Shown here: piece after piece, positions 51,979-62,464 of the stretch | How the letters are laid out: each line of letters opens with the position of its first letter | Position numbering within the stretch: position 1 is the stretch's first letter | Source of the DNA: Candidatus Latescibacterota bacterium | GTDB lineage: Bacteria > Latescibacterota > UBA2968 > GCA-2709665 | DNA length: 64,000 nucleotides | NCBI GenBank assembly: GCA_965219995.1 | Contig: CBDCOX010000002.1 | Span: 736,001-800,000 of the forward strand | Reading direction: 5' to 3' | The notes under the pieces: generated by a model | The model's database searches: none | What the model was told of the DNA's origin: nothing | What the model saw: the letters and a program-made list of their open reading frames with translations, nothing else | Made by a program: the position numbers and the translations under genes

Positions 51979-52361
51979 GGGGTGCTCACAGTTATCTTCG
52001 GGCGCAGTCTCTCCACGGTTTTTCTGCCAATCCCCTTTACCCGCGTCAGATCGTCCACGTTCTGGAACGGCCCGCGCTGATTGCGATCGTCCACAATTCG
52101 GCGGGCGGTTTTGGGACCGATTCCCCGGAGCCGGGTCAGTTGTCCGGCTGAAGCCCGATTCAGATCGATCGGGCCGGTGTCCTGCTTCACAATCCCGGTC
52201 TTGTGCCGGCTTTCGGGAACGGGTACCGCACCCTTTTGAACGTGAAAGTCCGGGACGTCGCGGTCCCCAAAGCGCTCTACGAGATTGACTGCCCCGCCGA
52301 TCAGCAACGCGGCCGCCAGCCCCAGCAAGACAACCCGTTCTTTCCGATTGAAGGAAAACAT
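51975..52361 (-). CDS. comEA: ComEA family helix-hairpin-helix DNA-binding protein
   Basis: N-terminal TM, IDLNRAS, GIGPKTARRI, VKGIG. Confidence 0.88.
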   Translation of the reverse strand: MFSFNRKERVVLLGLAAALLIGGAVNLVERFGDRDVPDFHVQKGAVPVPESRHKTGIVKQDTGPIDLNRASAGQLTRLRGIGPKTARRIVDDRNQRGPFQNVDDLTRVKGIGRKTVERLRPKITVSTP

Positions 52362-52412
52362 ACGGACTCCGGTATCCATCCTGGGATGAAGTTAAACTGG
52401 TGGCGGATAACC

Positions 52413-55400
52413 TCAATTGAAACGAATCTCTCCCCAGACCCTGAATTCCCAGACCCGGTTGTTCAGGTCGCGGAGCTTGTCCTTCCGGTTCTCGTGGCGG
52501 AAGCGGGTGCCGCCGGTAAATTTGCTGCTGAACTGATATTGACCCGCCAGGCTGGCGTGCCAGCGGTCATCGCTCTGGCGCACAACGGCCTGTTCGGTCT
52601 CAGTAGCTTCCGCGTTCCGGGGGATTTCCCTCTTGAGGCTGGAGCTGGTGCCGTACTCGATCGTCAGGTCCAGGTTGCTTTGCAGTTTAGTGAAGAACTT
52701 GGAACTCAGCGAATATCTGAGGGATGCCGTGAACTGGGAGGTTTCGGTGATGGTCGTACCAATAAGGCGCTCCTCCAGCGTCGGCTGTGCCACGGTGGTG
52801 TCGGCAGCCACGTTGCGCTGGTACCGGAGGTCGTTCTGCCGGCTCCGGTTCGTACTGAAATTCGTGTGCATCTTGTTCTTCCACCGGGCCTGCCATCTGA
52901 TGAGAGGCCGGAAGTCCGTTCTCCGGGTATCGCTGGTCAGAACGTTGTCGTCGAGACCGCCGTCCCCGCGAAAGATGCGGTTTGACTTGTAATTGAAGTT
53001 CAGGTTCGAACTGGCGAATAACCACCTCAGGACCGGAAGTTCGCCGAGACCCCGCCACTGCGCGGAGAAACTGGGGAATTCGAGCTTCTGTTCTTCCGTA
53101 TTGGCATTGCCAAAGCTCCTGACATGATTAAACGTCAGATGAGTATCGCCGCGAAAGCCGGCAGGCAGGCGAACACCGCCCTTGAGCGTCGCATTGTCGG
53201 TGATGTTTCTGGTATTTACGCGTGAAACGCCCCCGGATCCGTAACGGGGCGATGACGTGGTGTCGGCCAGGCCGAGTTGAAATCTGAATTCAGGGCGACG
53301 CCTGAGACCATAGAGATTAAAGTTGCGATTTCGAGTGACATTGGCCTGCACGGCTTCCAGCGCTCCGCCGAGCCTTCCGATGAGCCGGATGACCGAAAAC
53401 CCTGTCTGGCCTTTTGAGGGACGCGCCAGCGGGCGAAAAAGCCCGGGCAGGTTCAGGCTGACCCTGCCGCCGACCCGGCCGTTGGTGTTCACGCTGAGGC
53501 CCCTTCGTTCATTTCCGATGGAAGTCCGCTGGCCTCCGGTTTCAAGCCGCTCGCGAAAGCGGGAGGAATAGACGGTGTTGACGTTGAGCCACCTGGAAAC
53601 CCGGGGTGTGAAATTGAAGCCCACCTCCTGATTTCGCGTGGTCTCGCGGCCAAACTGCAGCCTGGGTACATCGAAAGCGTTCCGGAGGTCCCGGTTCACG
53701 GCAAGGGAGTAGTTGGCGGTCAGGCTTCTGAAGGGCGTCAGTTTTATCACGAAACTCTCGTTGAGATTGAAGGTCTGGTTCAACACGGCAATGACGTCGG
53801 AGGTGTCGCCCTCAACGGCGGAAAAGGAGCGTCTGTTGATGTTCTTCCGATCAAAACGCATGTTGTATCGGAGCGTTGAGGGAAGGTAGAAGAACTGGAC
53901 TTCCTCAAACCTGGAGCCCAGAAGCGGGACCCAGTTCAGGATTCTCACCCCCTTCTGATTGGGCCAGTTGACGTCATAGCTGAAGCTGCCGTTGAAGTTC
54001 TGTTCGTTGTTGGACCGGCGACGTGTGATTGCCCCGCTGACCGCGTTGTTGGTCAGAAAGTTCAGAGACGCATTGATCCGGTCGAACAAGAGCCGGGCGA
54101 TCCAGCGAGGGTCTCTGGTAGCCCGACGTTTTCGCATGGAGACGTTGAATCGGGACGACGCGCGGACCGCGCTCTCTCTGGACTTCTGCTGGTCGGTCAG
54201 TACGATGTCGGAACCCTGTCGAATCCGTGGAACGGATCCGTTCCGGAGGTAATTGAAGCGTACAGGAATGGCGGTGTTCCACCGATCGGGAAGGAACTTG
54301 TTCAGATTGAATGAACCGTTCATGCTGACCTGTGTTGTCGTATTGCCTGTGGAGCGCCCCTGAAGATCCTGAAAGTCCCCGCTTCTGCGTTCCAGGTTGA
54401 GGCTTACGTTGCCCAGATCGGCCAACGTGGTTTGAACGTTCAACAGCATGGAGACGGCATTCTTCTTACGGATCCGATCGACGCGCAGTTCGTCCAGCCA
54501 GATCTCGTTTTCACCCTCCAGCGGAAAGACCCCGTTATTGGTAACGCCAATCACGAACGACTTGATTTTCGAAAGCGCCGGGTTTCCCCGTACGGTATAC
54601 GTGCCGCCGTGCAGGTCCGCGCGTATCTGATTGGCTTCACTGTCATAGTCCGCAAGGACTTCTACCGTTGGCAGGGAGAGACGCAGGGTGTCGGACGCCT
54701 GTCCGGTGGCCTCCAGGTCCGTGAGTTTACCCTTGATTTGAGAAAGTACATCGAGCTCGATTTTGAATGTATTGTCTTCCGGCGACCAGCCGCGATACAC
54801 TGGTTTTCTGAACTCGTAGAAATTGAGCGTATCCTCACCGATGGGTGAAAACCTCACGAAGAGCTCGATCGGACTGAAGCTGCCGGTTGTCGAATCGGGT
54901 CCGACCGGGAAATTGTCTTCATAGGTGGTGGACGTGGGATTGCCTCCGTGCACGAACATGGTCATCAGACCATATCGCGTGTAGTTCTGACCCTCCGTAA
55001 AGGTTCGTGATGCCGACACGCTTTCGCCCGGATAGAGGTCTTCAAAACGGAGAACCAGGGACCGTTCCAGGAGTTGCCTCCCGGTTTGCGGGTCGGTTTC
55101 ACGTTCAAGGCCGGGCGGCAGTTCATAGACCTGGTTGTCGGTACCGATGGTGGCCACTCTGAAGTCGCCCGATTGTTGGTGTTCGGGAGATTCATCCTCG
55201 AGCCAATCGCTGCCCACCGCTGCAATTGTGTAAATGTCCAGCGAGGTCGTATCGTCGTGCTCGATCCAGATTCGCGCAAAATCGAATACGCCGGCAAACG
55301 TGGTGTCCGGGTTGCCTTCGACGCTGCGCGGCGCATTGCTGCCCCGCAACGGGATGCGCAACAGCCTCCAGGGACGGTCTGAAGGATCCGACTTGCTGCC

Positions 55401-58400
55401 TACGACGAGTACCGAAGGCCCGTCGTAAACGCCCGTTGCCGGATTCCAGCCCCGATCGGATGCCAGGTTGACGCTATAATGCAGGTAGTTGTTGCGGGTG
55501 TCCAGGATGCCGTTCTGGTTCAGGTCTTCGGAATCCGGCCTCTGTTCCCGTTCCCGATTGTTATTCTGAGTGCCGTTTACGCCGGAAGGATACCGGAAAC
55601 GAAGGTCCCCCTGGTCGAAGTCCACGTCCTTGAAGTTGTCATCCGACGGGTCGTCCGGCACGGTGACGCCAGGGAAGATCAGCCTGAAGACCGAATCTTC
55701 CTGAGCGTCGGTCAGGCCGTCCAGGCCGATATCCTCTTCGGGAATCGCCACGTCATCGCCGGTAGGAAAGCCCGGGAGAGGTTGGTCTTCGGTACGAAAT
55801 TGACCGGGAGGCGGCGGATTGAACGTCGCATGATCGAGCAGCAGATCGGACCGTTCGGAGATTTCACCGAGGTCGATGTGCAGCCGGCCCGAATTACCCC
55901 TTATCCAGAGTTCGATAAACTTGGATCGCGAGAAGTCCATTCCAAACAGGTACGATGAAATGCCCGCCCAGGAGTTTTGAGGGAGGCCGCCGGCCGAATT
56001 CCGTGAGGTCTCAGGAAAGCCGTTGGTACGATGTGGCTCGAACCGGATGCTGAGAACATCGTCCACAATACTGCTCTCCACCGGAATATCGTCTCGCCCC
56101 GGCTGAATTTCGTAGATCGAATACCGGTCGCGGTCCACGAGATTGTACCAGGTGAGGCGTCCCTTCGGCTCGGAAAGCGGGAGTCCGTTCCGCGTTGGGC
56201 TGCTGCCCGCGGACCAGACGTATTTGAAGGTGGAAAACGCCTTTCTGCTCTCGGCGCCTTCAAAATCGTCGATGTACGCCACGTTCTTGACGTTCGGGTT
56301 GGGCAAACTCTGTGCGACTTCCATGTCCACGTTGAATGCCGAGGGCGCCTGGGTGGAAATGAATGGCAGCCTGTTCACGAAGTCCGTGAGGATCTGCGGC
56401 TTGAAACGAAACCTGCCGTTCAAGTCCCAGATCAATGTGCGGGCCGGCTCCTCGCCAACGCGAACCCGCTGAGTCCTGGCGCTTTCGCTACCGTAAAGCA
56501 GGCTCATTCCCACCATGGAGACGTTGTCCCTGAACGGGTGTTCCGCCCGGATGCCGACGAGGCTCTTCTGCCCTCCACCCAATCCAAATTGGCTCTTGGA
56601 CCCGTAATTGATCACCAGGTTGGCGGAGGGATCGGCCGCGAGGTCCGCTGCTTCGCCAACCAACTCGACCTCTCCGCGTTCGTATTCGATGAGGTAGTCC
56701 CGCCCGCGTGTCAGCCGACGATTGTTCAGCAGGACCTCCTCGCTGTCTTCGATCAGGCCAAAGCCCAGGTAGAACGTCGTGGACCTGCTCTTCGAACGGA
56801 TGCGCAGGAAGTACTGACCCTTTTGCGCTCGTGTGGTGTTATTGGTGGTGTTGTAGATTTCGGGCACCCGGGCGTCGTCCGACAGCGCCTCCGCGCCGGC
56901 TCCGCGTTCACCAAATGGCTCCAGGTCCGGAAAAACAAGGTGGCCGGTCAGCAGATTGAGTCCGGGCAGGTTCGTGCCGCCGTCGATGTCGATGAGATTG
57001 TCCGGCGGGGAGGACTCCGAGGCGCCGTTGGTGTGCCTGTCCAGGCCGAAGATCTGGAGGTAAGGCGTACCGCGCTGGTTGTCAACCGCCTCCTGACCGG
57101 CCACGTCTCTGAGGATCTCCAGCTCAAAACCCTCCGGCTCGATGTCGCGGCTTCCCAGGAAGTACACATTTCGCCACGCGAGGTCCCAGGATGGGAATTC
57201 CGGTCGCTGCTGCCGGGCGTGAATGAGCTTCAGCCTGATCTTCGCGTCCGGATTCGACGGGTCCTGGATGAAATTCAGGTCGCCGAAGACGCGTCCGTCG
57301 GACGTCCGGTACGCGACCGCAAGCGTATGACCTCGCAGGACTCTCTGCCGGGTCATGATCAGATATCCCCTGGCGTCCACCAGAAACTCGGAGCGATCCA
57401 GTTCGTGGAAAAACCCCTCTTCGACGCCCCCGCTCTGCGCGCCATTGGCGCCTGCATCGGGCTCCGGGGCAGATCCGGTGGACCAGAACGCGTAAGCGAT
57501 CCCGCGCCCGGCGCGGTGCTCGATGTCGTTGCGGTCGTTGAAGTCGTTCAGGAAAACACGTACGGACCCGATGTCCACCAGGTCCTGACGGGCGGGTTCG
57601 TCCGGAAAGCTCCGGCGATACGCAAGATCGAGAAAGAAGTAACGGTTTTCTTCGTAATCATAGTCACGTATTCTGTGCGCGACTTCCTCCGCCTGCCCCT
57701 GGAAGGATTTCCGGTTGCTTGCGCCCCGGTCGTGGCTTGTAACCACCGTCACATCCAGTCCGCCCAGGCGTCCGCGGCCTTTAAGTCCGAACAGACCGCT
57801 TCGGTTGGACGAATTGAAGCCGACCAGCCGGGTGCCGGGCAGACTGAGCGACGTCCTGCCCGCCTCGATCTCCTGGATAATGTCGTCTTCGTCTCCGTCG
57901 TAACGGAATTGGAGCGACTCACTGATATCGGATTGACCGCGGCTGTCCTGCTGGAGGTTCAGCGTAATGCGGTCCCCGATGGTGCCCTGGACGTTCAGTT
58001 GGGATTCCTGCTCGAAGTTGACGGTGAATCCTTCGGCCGCCCTTGCACGTACGGTCTGCGCCTGTCCGCCCACCGTGGTATTCACGCCGGACAGGTCGAT
58101 GCGCCGCGATCCGGTAATCTTGATATTGGTGTCGCCTTCACCGGTAATGACACTCAGCGCCTTGGGTACCTTGACGGGAATCTTGATATCAACCAGCGCG
58201 CCGCCGACGCCCCGCCGCGCCCTCACGGGCAGGCTCAGCTTTTCAGCGGCCACGCGATCGAAATCCGCGTCGAATTTGTACGCGGTCAGGCCCTTCAAGG
58301 TGATGACGGCCGGTATCCCATGGACAACGTCGCCGCTGGCACGATAGACCATCAGCGTTCCGGTCCCGGCGCCAAGCAGGCGGGTCACCGTCTGGGTGAA

Positions 58401-58637
58401 CTGCCGCCGCTGTCGAAAGAGAGGTTGAAAGGCGGTGGTACGGGAAAAGGTCAGCTTTCCGGGGGAACGATGGAAGACGTGCGCAGGTGTCTTTCCGAGG
58501 GTGAATCGGATGCCCGGTTCGGCCTGGAGCGGGTCCGAATCGGCAAGCAGACACGTGCAAAAAGCCCAGGCGAAGACCGCACGCAACGGAAGGGACGATC
58601 CCCTTTGTGAATCTTTGAAAATGTTTGGGATCTGCAT
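52413..58637 (-). CDS. sprA: SprA-family outer-membrane translocon (T9SS)
   Basis: 2074 aa. IIQEIEAG..SLSLP, GLFGLK, AYIDDFEG, LTWYN, DLGEISE, PDSEDLN, WRLLRIPL, WLDELR, and a beta-strand-rich C-terminus ending EIRFN. Confidence 0.88.
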   Translation of the reverse strand: MQIPNIFKDSQRGSSLPLRAVFAWAFCTCLLADSDPLQAEPGIRFTLGKTPAHVFHRSPGKLTFSRTTAFQPLFRQRRQFTQTVTRLLGAGTGTLMVYRASGDVVHGIPAVITLKGLTAYKFDADFDRVAAEKLSLPVRARRGVGGALVDIKIPVKVPKALSVITGEGDTNIKITGSRRIDLSGVNTTVGGQAQTVRARAAEGFTVNFEQESQLNVQGTIGDRITLNLQQDSRGQSDISESLQFRYDGDEDDIIQEIEAGRTSLSLPGTRLVGFNSSNRSGLFGLKGRGRLGGLDVTVVTSHDRGASNRKSFQGQAEEVAHRIRDYDYEENRYFFLDLAYRRSFPDEPARQDLVDIGSVRVFLNDFNDRNDIEHRAGRGIAYAFWSTGSAPEPDAGANGAQSGGVEEGFFHELDRSEFLVDARGYLIMTRQRVLRGHTLAVAYRTSDGRVFGDLNFIQDPSNPDAKIRLKLIHARQQRPEFPSWDLAWRNVYFLGSRDIEPEGFELEILRDVAGQEAVDNQRGTPYLQIFGLDRHTNGASESSPPDNLIDIDGGTNLPGLNLLTGHLVFPDLEPFGERGAGAEALSDDARVPEIYNTTNNTTRAQKGQYFLRIRSKSRSTTFYLGFGLIEDSEEVLLNNRRLTRGRDYLIEYERGEVELVGEAADLAADPSANLVINYGSKSQFGLGGGQKSLVGIRAEHPFRDNVSMVGMSLLYGSESARTQRVRVGEEPARTLIWDLNGRFRFKPQILTDFVNRLPFISTQAPSAFNVDMEVAQSLPNPNVKNVAYIDDFEGAESRKAFSTFKYVWSAGSSPTRNGLPLSEPKGRLTWYNLVDRDRYSIYEIQPGRDDIPVESSIVDDVLSIRFEPHRTNGFPETSRNSAGGLPQNSWAGISSYLFGMDFSRSKFIELWIRGNSGRLHIDLGEISERSDLLLDHATFNPPPPGQFRTEDQPLPGFPTGDDVAIPEEDIGLDGLTDAQEDSVFRLIFPGVTVPDDPSDDNFKDVDFDQGDLRFRYPSGVNGTQNNNREREQRPDSEDLNQNGILDTRNNYLHYSVNLASDRGWNPATGVYDGPSVLVVGSKSDPSDRPWRLLRIPLRGSNAPRSVEGNPDTTFAGVFDFARIWIEHDDTTSLDIYTIAAVGSDWLEDESPEHQQSGDFRVATIGTDNQVYELPPGLERETDPQTGRQLLERSLVLRFEDLYPGESVSASRTFTEGQNYTRYGLMTMFVHGGNPTSTTYEDNFPVGPDSTTGSFSPIELFVRFSPIGEDTLNFYEFRKPVYRGWSPEDNTFKIELDVLSQIKGKLTDLEATGQASDTLRLSLPTVEVLADYDSEANQIRADLHGGTYTVRGNPALSKIKSFVIGVTNNGVFPLEGENEIWLDELRVDRIRKKNAVSMLLNVQTTLADLGNVSLNLERRSGDFQDLQGRSTGNTTTQVSMNGSFNLNKFLPDRWNTAIPVRFNYLRNGSVPRIRQGSDIVLTDQQKSRESAVRASSRFNVSMRKRRATRDPRWIARLLFDRINASLNFLTNNAVSGAITRRRSNNEQNFNGSFSYDVNWPNQKGVRILNWVPLLGSRFEEVQFFYLPSTLRYNMRFDRKNINRRSFSAVEGDTSDVIAVLNQTFNLNESFVIKLTPFRSLTANYSLAVNRDLRNAFDVPRLQFGRETTRNQEVGFNFTPRVSRWLNVNTVYSSRFRERLETGGQRTSIGNERRGLSVNTNGRVGGRVSLNLPGLFRPLARPSKGQTGFSVIRLIGRLGGALEAVQANVTRNRNFNLYGLRRRPEFRFQLGLADTTSSPRYGSGGVSRVNTRNITDNATLKGGVRLPAGFRGDTHLTFNHVRSFGNANTEEQKLEFPSFSAQWRGLGELPVLRWLFASSNLNFNYKSNRIFRGDGGLDDNVLTSDTRRTDFRPLIRWQARWKNKMHTNFSTNRSRQNDLRYQRNVAADTTVAQPTLEERLIGTTITETSQFTASLRYSLSSKFFTKLQSNLDLTIEYGTSSSLKREIPRNAEATETEQAVVRQSDDRWHASLAGQYQFSSKFTGGTRFRHENRKDKLRDLNNRVWEFRVWGEIRFN

Positions 58638-58675
58638 GCGTGAATCGGACAGTCTTGAAAGGGGAAGGGCCGGAC

Positions 58676-58709
58676 GCAGCCCGGATGGACTTTATCAACG
58701 GGCTGTCAG
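58676..58709 (+). repeat. 34-bp palindromic dispersed repeat, copy 1
   Basis: GCAGCCCGGATGGACTTTATCAACGGGCTGTCAG, 32/34 identical to the reverse complement of 62390-62423. Confidence 0.85.
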
Positions 58710-58713
58710 GTTA

Positions 58714-58742
58714 AAAATACCGAACACCGCGTTAAAGATCAA
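58714..58742 (-). promoter_or_regulatory. Putative sprA promoter
   Basis: Minus strand TTGATC-N17-TATTTT. Confidence 0.45.
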
Positions 58743-58926
58743 GGGAAAACCCTGACCGGGCACATTGCAAATAAAGATAATATAAACAAATAGTTATATA
58801 GAATTATCGACATCCGTGATGCGTGAGGGGTTGAGAAAGGGCTACCGCCGGTGGAAATTTCCGGTATATTCTTGCGCCCAGTATCTTTAACTCTTTTGAA
58901 AACACACGGTTCCCTGGAGGCGCGAC

Positions 58927-60225
58927 ATGGTGCTGTCCAGATACGTCCTTAAGGAGCATGCCGCGCCGTTTGTTTTCGCATTCTCGGTTATCATGTTTCT
59001 CCTGGTCGTCGACCTGATTCTCCAGAAGATGGATCTGATGCTGGGAAAGGGCATTGCGCCGGGTGTGGTTCTGGAGTTGTTCCTGCTGAATACCGCATGG
59101 ATGATCGCCCTGGCGGTACCAATGGCGGTCCTGGTCGCCACCCTGATGGCTTTCGGCCGACTGGGCGCCGACGGTGAAATCTCCGCAATGCAAGCGCTGG
59201 GCATCGGGGTCTTCCGGGTGATCTGGCCCGTACTGATGGCAGGGGTTGCGCTTTCGCTCGGGCTGGTTGTCTTCAATGACCGGGTACTGCCCGAATTCAA
59301 CTATCGGGCGCGGCTGCTCATGGGGGATATTCAGCGCAAGCGTCCGTCAGTCGCCCTGGAGGACCGCAGCGGCGTCTTTATCCAGGATTTCGCCAACTAC
59401 AGGATTCTGATAGGCGATATCGACAGGCGGACTTCGGTACTCAAGGATGTCCTGATCTACAAGTACGAAGCCGGGGGATATCCGGTATCCATTGCCGCCG
59501 AATCCGGCCGGATTCGAATTGACGGCGAAAGCGACGAAGCGCTGGTGACACTGGAGAACGGGGAGTGGCATCGGGTGGATGCGTCGGATCCCGATGTCTA
59601 CTTCCGGGCGGGTTTCAAGAAGAAGAATCTGCGTCTTGGAGAAGCCGGCCGGCAACTCATACGCACCATGTCGCACTATCGGACGGACAGAGAGATGGGA
59701 CTGGGGGCAATGATGGACAGGGTGCATACCTATCAGCGGGAGGCGTCCGCCCTGCAGGCCGAATCCGCGGACAGCGCGGCTTCGGTTTTGAGGCGCCTGT
59801 TCTTCGCGCCGGGAGCCGAACGTCGGGCTTTCGGTATCGTGGCTGACCTGAGCACCCGTTTCCATACCGACACCGCGATTCGACATCACAAACTCCGCCA
59901 GGCGGACCGGTACCGGGTTGAGATCCACAAAAAGCTCTCGATTCCCGTTGCATGTATTGTCTTTGTCTTGATTGGCGCCCCACTCGGCATCCGGGTACGT
60001 GGGAGCAGCCCCGCTGTCGGCGCGGGAATCAGCATTGGGTTTTTTCTTCTGTGGTGGCTCTGTCTGATCAGCGGAGAAACGCTCGCCGATCGCGGGTACG
60101 TTCCGCCGTGGGTTGCCATGTGGAGTCCCAACTTCATCGTTCTCTCGTGTGGTTCCTGGCTCGTGTGGGGCACCTTGCTCGAGTGGCGTTTCGGGGTGTG
60201 GAGAGGCAGGCCATGCGCATCCTGA
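58927..60225 (+). CDS. lptF: LPS export ABC permease LptF
   Basis: LSRYVLKE, PMAVLVATLMAFGRL..DGEI.A, EIHKKLSIP. Confidence 0.88.
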   Translation: MVLSRYVLKEHAAPFVFAFSVIMFLLVVDLILQKMDLMLGKGIAPGVVLELFLLNTAWMIALAVPMAVLVATLMAFGRLGADGEISAMQALGIGVFRVIWPVLMAGVALSLGLVVFNDRVLPEFNYRARLLMGDIQRKRPSVALEDRSGVFIQDFANYRILIGDIDRRTSVLKDVLIYKYEAGGYPVSIAAESGRIRIDGESDEALVTLENGEWHRVDASDPDVYFRAGFKKKNLRLGEAGRQLIRTMSHYRTDREMGLGAMMDRVHTYQREASALQAESADSAASVLRRLFFAPGAERRAFGIVADLSTRFHTDTAIRHHKLRQADRYRVEIHKKLSIPVACIVFVLIGAPLGIRVRGSSPAVGAGISIGFFLLWWLCLISGETLADRGYVPPWVAMWSPNFIVLSCGSWLVWGTLLEWRFGVWRGRPCAS

Positions 60226-61283
60226 GTCGATACGTAAACAGACAGTTCCTCGTATACCTGGCGCTCAGCTTTTCGGGATTCCTGGCTGTATTCGTCGTTG
60301 TGGACCTGGCAGGACGGCTCAGTGGCTTCATAGACAGAGGTGTGGGCGGTGGAACGATCCTATTGTACTATATACTATCCATTCCCTATATGGGAATTCT
60401 GACGTTGCCCATGGCGATGTTGCTGGCGAGTCTCTTTTGCTTTGGCAGTCTCGCTCGCTTCGGTGAGCTTGCCGCAATGAAATCCGCCGGTATATCTCTC
60501 TACCGTGTTGCCGCGCCGGTTCTGGCGGCCGCCCTTCTGGTGTGTGCCGCATCGTTTTTCCTGACCGACCGGGTGATGCCGGGAGCAAACCGCAAACGTG
60601 CATCCATCACCCAGGTCCGGCGTCAGGCCGTCTTCAATCCAGTGGTCTCGCAGGTTATCCTGCAGGACGTGGACGGACAGATCCTCTCGGTCGGCACCTA
60701 CTTCCGCAATGAAGCGCGAGGAACGGAAGTGATGCTGGACAGGTACGACGGAACACGTCTGGTCGAAAAATTGCGTGCCGGGGAGATGGCGTGGCAGAAC
60801 GAAGCGTGGACGTTTCTCAGGGGTGAAGTGAGACGGTTTCAAGTGGACGGCGCCGAACAGGTGATCCGGTTCCGGGAGATGCCTGCAAGTCGCGTCACGC
60901 TGAGACCCGAAGACCTGGCGCGGGAGGTTCGATCCGAGGATGAGCTCAGCTTTTCCGAGCTAACCGAGTATATTCTGCGCAAGCGACGCATGGGCGACGA
61001 CCCGGTACGGGTAGAGGTCGCGCGGTATATGCGCCTGTCATTTCCGTTCACAGGGTTCGTTATGGTGTTATTCGGTATCTCCCTTTCGTCCCGGACCCAG
61101 CGTGCCGGGAAACCTCTCCTGGTGGGTATCTGTCTGCTGATTTCGTTTGTTTATTATGGGTGCATTCAGGCCGGCCGTGTAATGGGCTGGAACGGCATTC
61201 TCCCACCGCTGTGGAGCTCCTGGTCCGCCAATTTCCTGTTTTTATGTCTGGGTGCCGGCTTGCTGGCCAGGACCAGACGGTAG
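60213..61283 (+). CDS. lptG: LPS export ABC permease LptG
   Basis: MRILSRY, ELAAMKSAGISLYR, LSFPF, WSAN. Confidence 0.88.
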   Translation: MRILSRYVNRQFLVYLALSFSGFLAVFVVVDLAGRLSGFIDRGVGGGTILLYYILSIPYMGILTLPMAMLLASLFCFGSLARFGELAAMKSAGISLYRVAAPVLAAALLVCAASFFLTDRVMPGANRKRASITQVRRQAVFNPVVSQVILQDVDGQILSVGTYFRNEARGTEVMLDRYDGTRLVEKLRAGEMAWQNEAWTFLRGEVRRFQVDGAEQVIRFREMPASRVTLRPEDLAREVRSEDELSFSELTEYILRKRRMGDDPVRVEVARYMRLSFPFTGFVMVLFGISLSSRTQRAGKPLLVGICLLISFVYYGCIQAGRVMGWNGILPPLWSSWSANFLFLCLGAGLLARTRR

Positions 61284-61307
61284 CGGATTCGAGACGGTAC
61301 AAAGAAT

Positions 61308-61332
61308 GAAGGCGCATCGTCGATGCGCCTTC
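61308..61332. terminator. Hairpin between convergent genes, possible bidirectional terminator
   Basis: GAAGGCGCATC-GTC-GATGCGCCTTC. Confidence 0.6.
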
Positions 61333-61361
61333 TCTTCGTGGCTTCCTTCCCGGAAAGATCA

Positions 61362-62336
61362 TTAGAATCGGGACAGACGACTTCTACGGCCTTTCTCTTT
61401 CTGGATGTATTTGCGAGGATTTTCCACGATTTCATTCTCCCCGACCTTTCTTGTTACGCCATAGTGCAGATGAGGCGCCGTTGCACGTCCGGATCTTCCC
61501 ATTTTGCCAATCACCTGTCCGCGTGTGACGGGTTGACCCTCATCCAGCGATGGTTTTTCCAGCAGATGGGCGTACAGCGTCCTGTAAAACGGGTCGTGAT
61601 CGAGAGAAATGTACCAACCCAGATATCTGTCTTTGCCCACAGATTCCACCCGGCCATTGGCGGTAGCGAGAATGTCCGTGCCGGACCGCCCGGCGATGTC
61701 GATGCCTTTATGAAACTGCCTGGCGCCGGAAAAAGGATTCCTGCGGTAGCCAAAGCCCGACGAAATCCAGCAGCCCGACTCGGGCGGAACAGGAAGAATG
61801 GATGGAGTATGCAGCCGTGCGATTTCGTTCCGATTGAGGATGGAGGCAATATGCACGAAACTGTCTTCGAGGAAACGGGCTTCCCGCAAGAGCTGGTCGA
61901 CGTCGGTGTATGCCTCTGTAAGCCGGTTGCCGATTTCCTGAGGTACCCGGCCTTCCCACTCCGGCTCACCCGTGGAATACCCGCCCACGCCCATTTTCCG
62001 CACCTCATCACCCGGTTCCGCCAGATTGACCCAGGACCGGAACATCCGGTCCATCTCGGTGAGATCATTGACGTTTTCCCGTAGTCCTTCCACCTTCTGC
62101 TGCAACCGGCTGACCTGCTGTTTGAGGATGGAATTCTCAGACGTCAACGCCAGCAGTCTCGTCTCCTGCTGGTGGTTCACAAAATACCCAAGCGCATAGA
62201 AGACGACAGCAAGTGCGAGACACCCGAACAGCAACGCGGCCCCGATACCCCAGACCGTGGGGCGCGAGGCCCTGACTTGACGCATCTGATCTCGATTATG
62301 CGGTATGACCATCAGCGTCAGGTTTCTCTTCCACAT
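61362..62336 (-). CDS. M23 family metallopeptidase
   Basis: TM and coiled coil, then SSGFGYR..P, HKGID, YAHL, HLHY. Confidence 0.92.
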   Translation of the reverse strand: MWKRNLTLMVIPHNRDQMRQVRASRPTVWGIGAALLFGCLALAVVFYALGYFVNHQQETRLLALTSENSILKQQVSRLQQKVEGLRENVNDLTEMDRMFRSWVNLAEPGDEVRKMGVGGYSTGEPEWEGRVPQEIGNRLTEAYTDVDQLLREARFLEDSFVHIASILNRNEIARLHTPSILPVPPESGCWISSGFGYRRNPFSGARQFHKGIDIAGRSGTDILATANGRVESVGKDRYLGWYISLDHDPFYRTLYAHLLEKPSLDEGQPVTRGQVIGKMGRSGRATAPHLHYGVTRKVGENEIVENPRKYIQKEKGRRSRLSRF

Positions 62337-62389
62337 AGAAAGTGCCTTTCGTCGGCGGCTTTTGGGCCAAAGTTAGTTAACACTTGCAT

Positions 62390-62423
62390 CTGACAGCCCG
62401 TCGATAAAGTCCATCCGGGGTGC
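62390..62423 (-). repeat. 34-bp palindromic dispersed repeat, copy 2
   Basis: Minus strand GCACCCCGGATGGACTTTATCGACGGGCTGTCAG. Confidence 0.85.
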
Positions 62424-62464
62424 AAAGCGACTCTTTCAACGAACTGGCAGGACTGACAGACTGA

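Noticed and set aside
56031-58610. 859-aa plus-strand ORF and other long antisense ORFs (e.g. 10786-12435, 16980-18623, 20529-22070)
   Set aside because: They shadow well-supported genes on the opposite strand, have no motifs, and are expected from GC-rich codon bias.
58676-62423. Composite transposon around lptFG-M23
   Set aside because: No transposase, the putative IS-like ends face outward rather than enclosing the segment, and the cargo is housekeeping.
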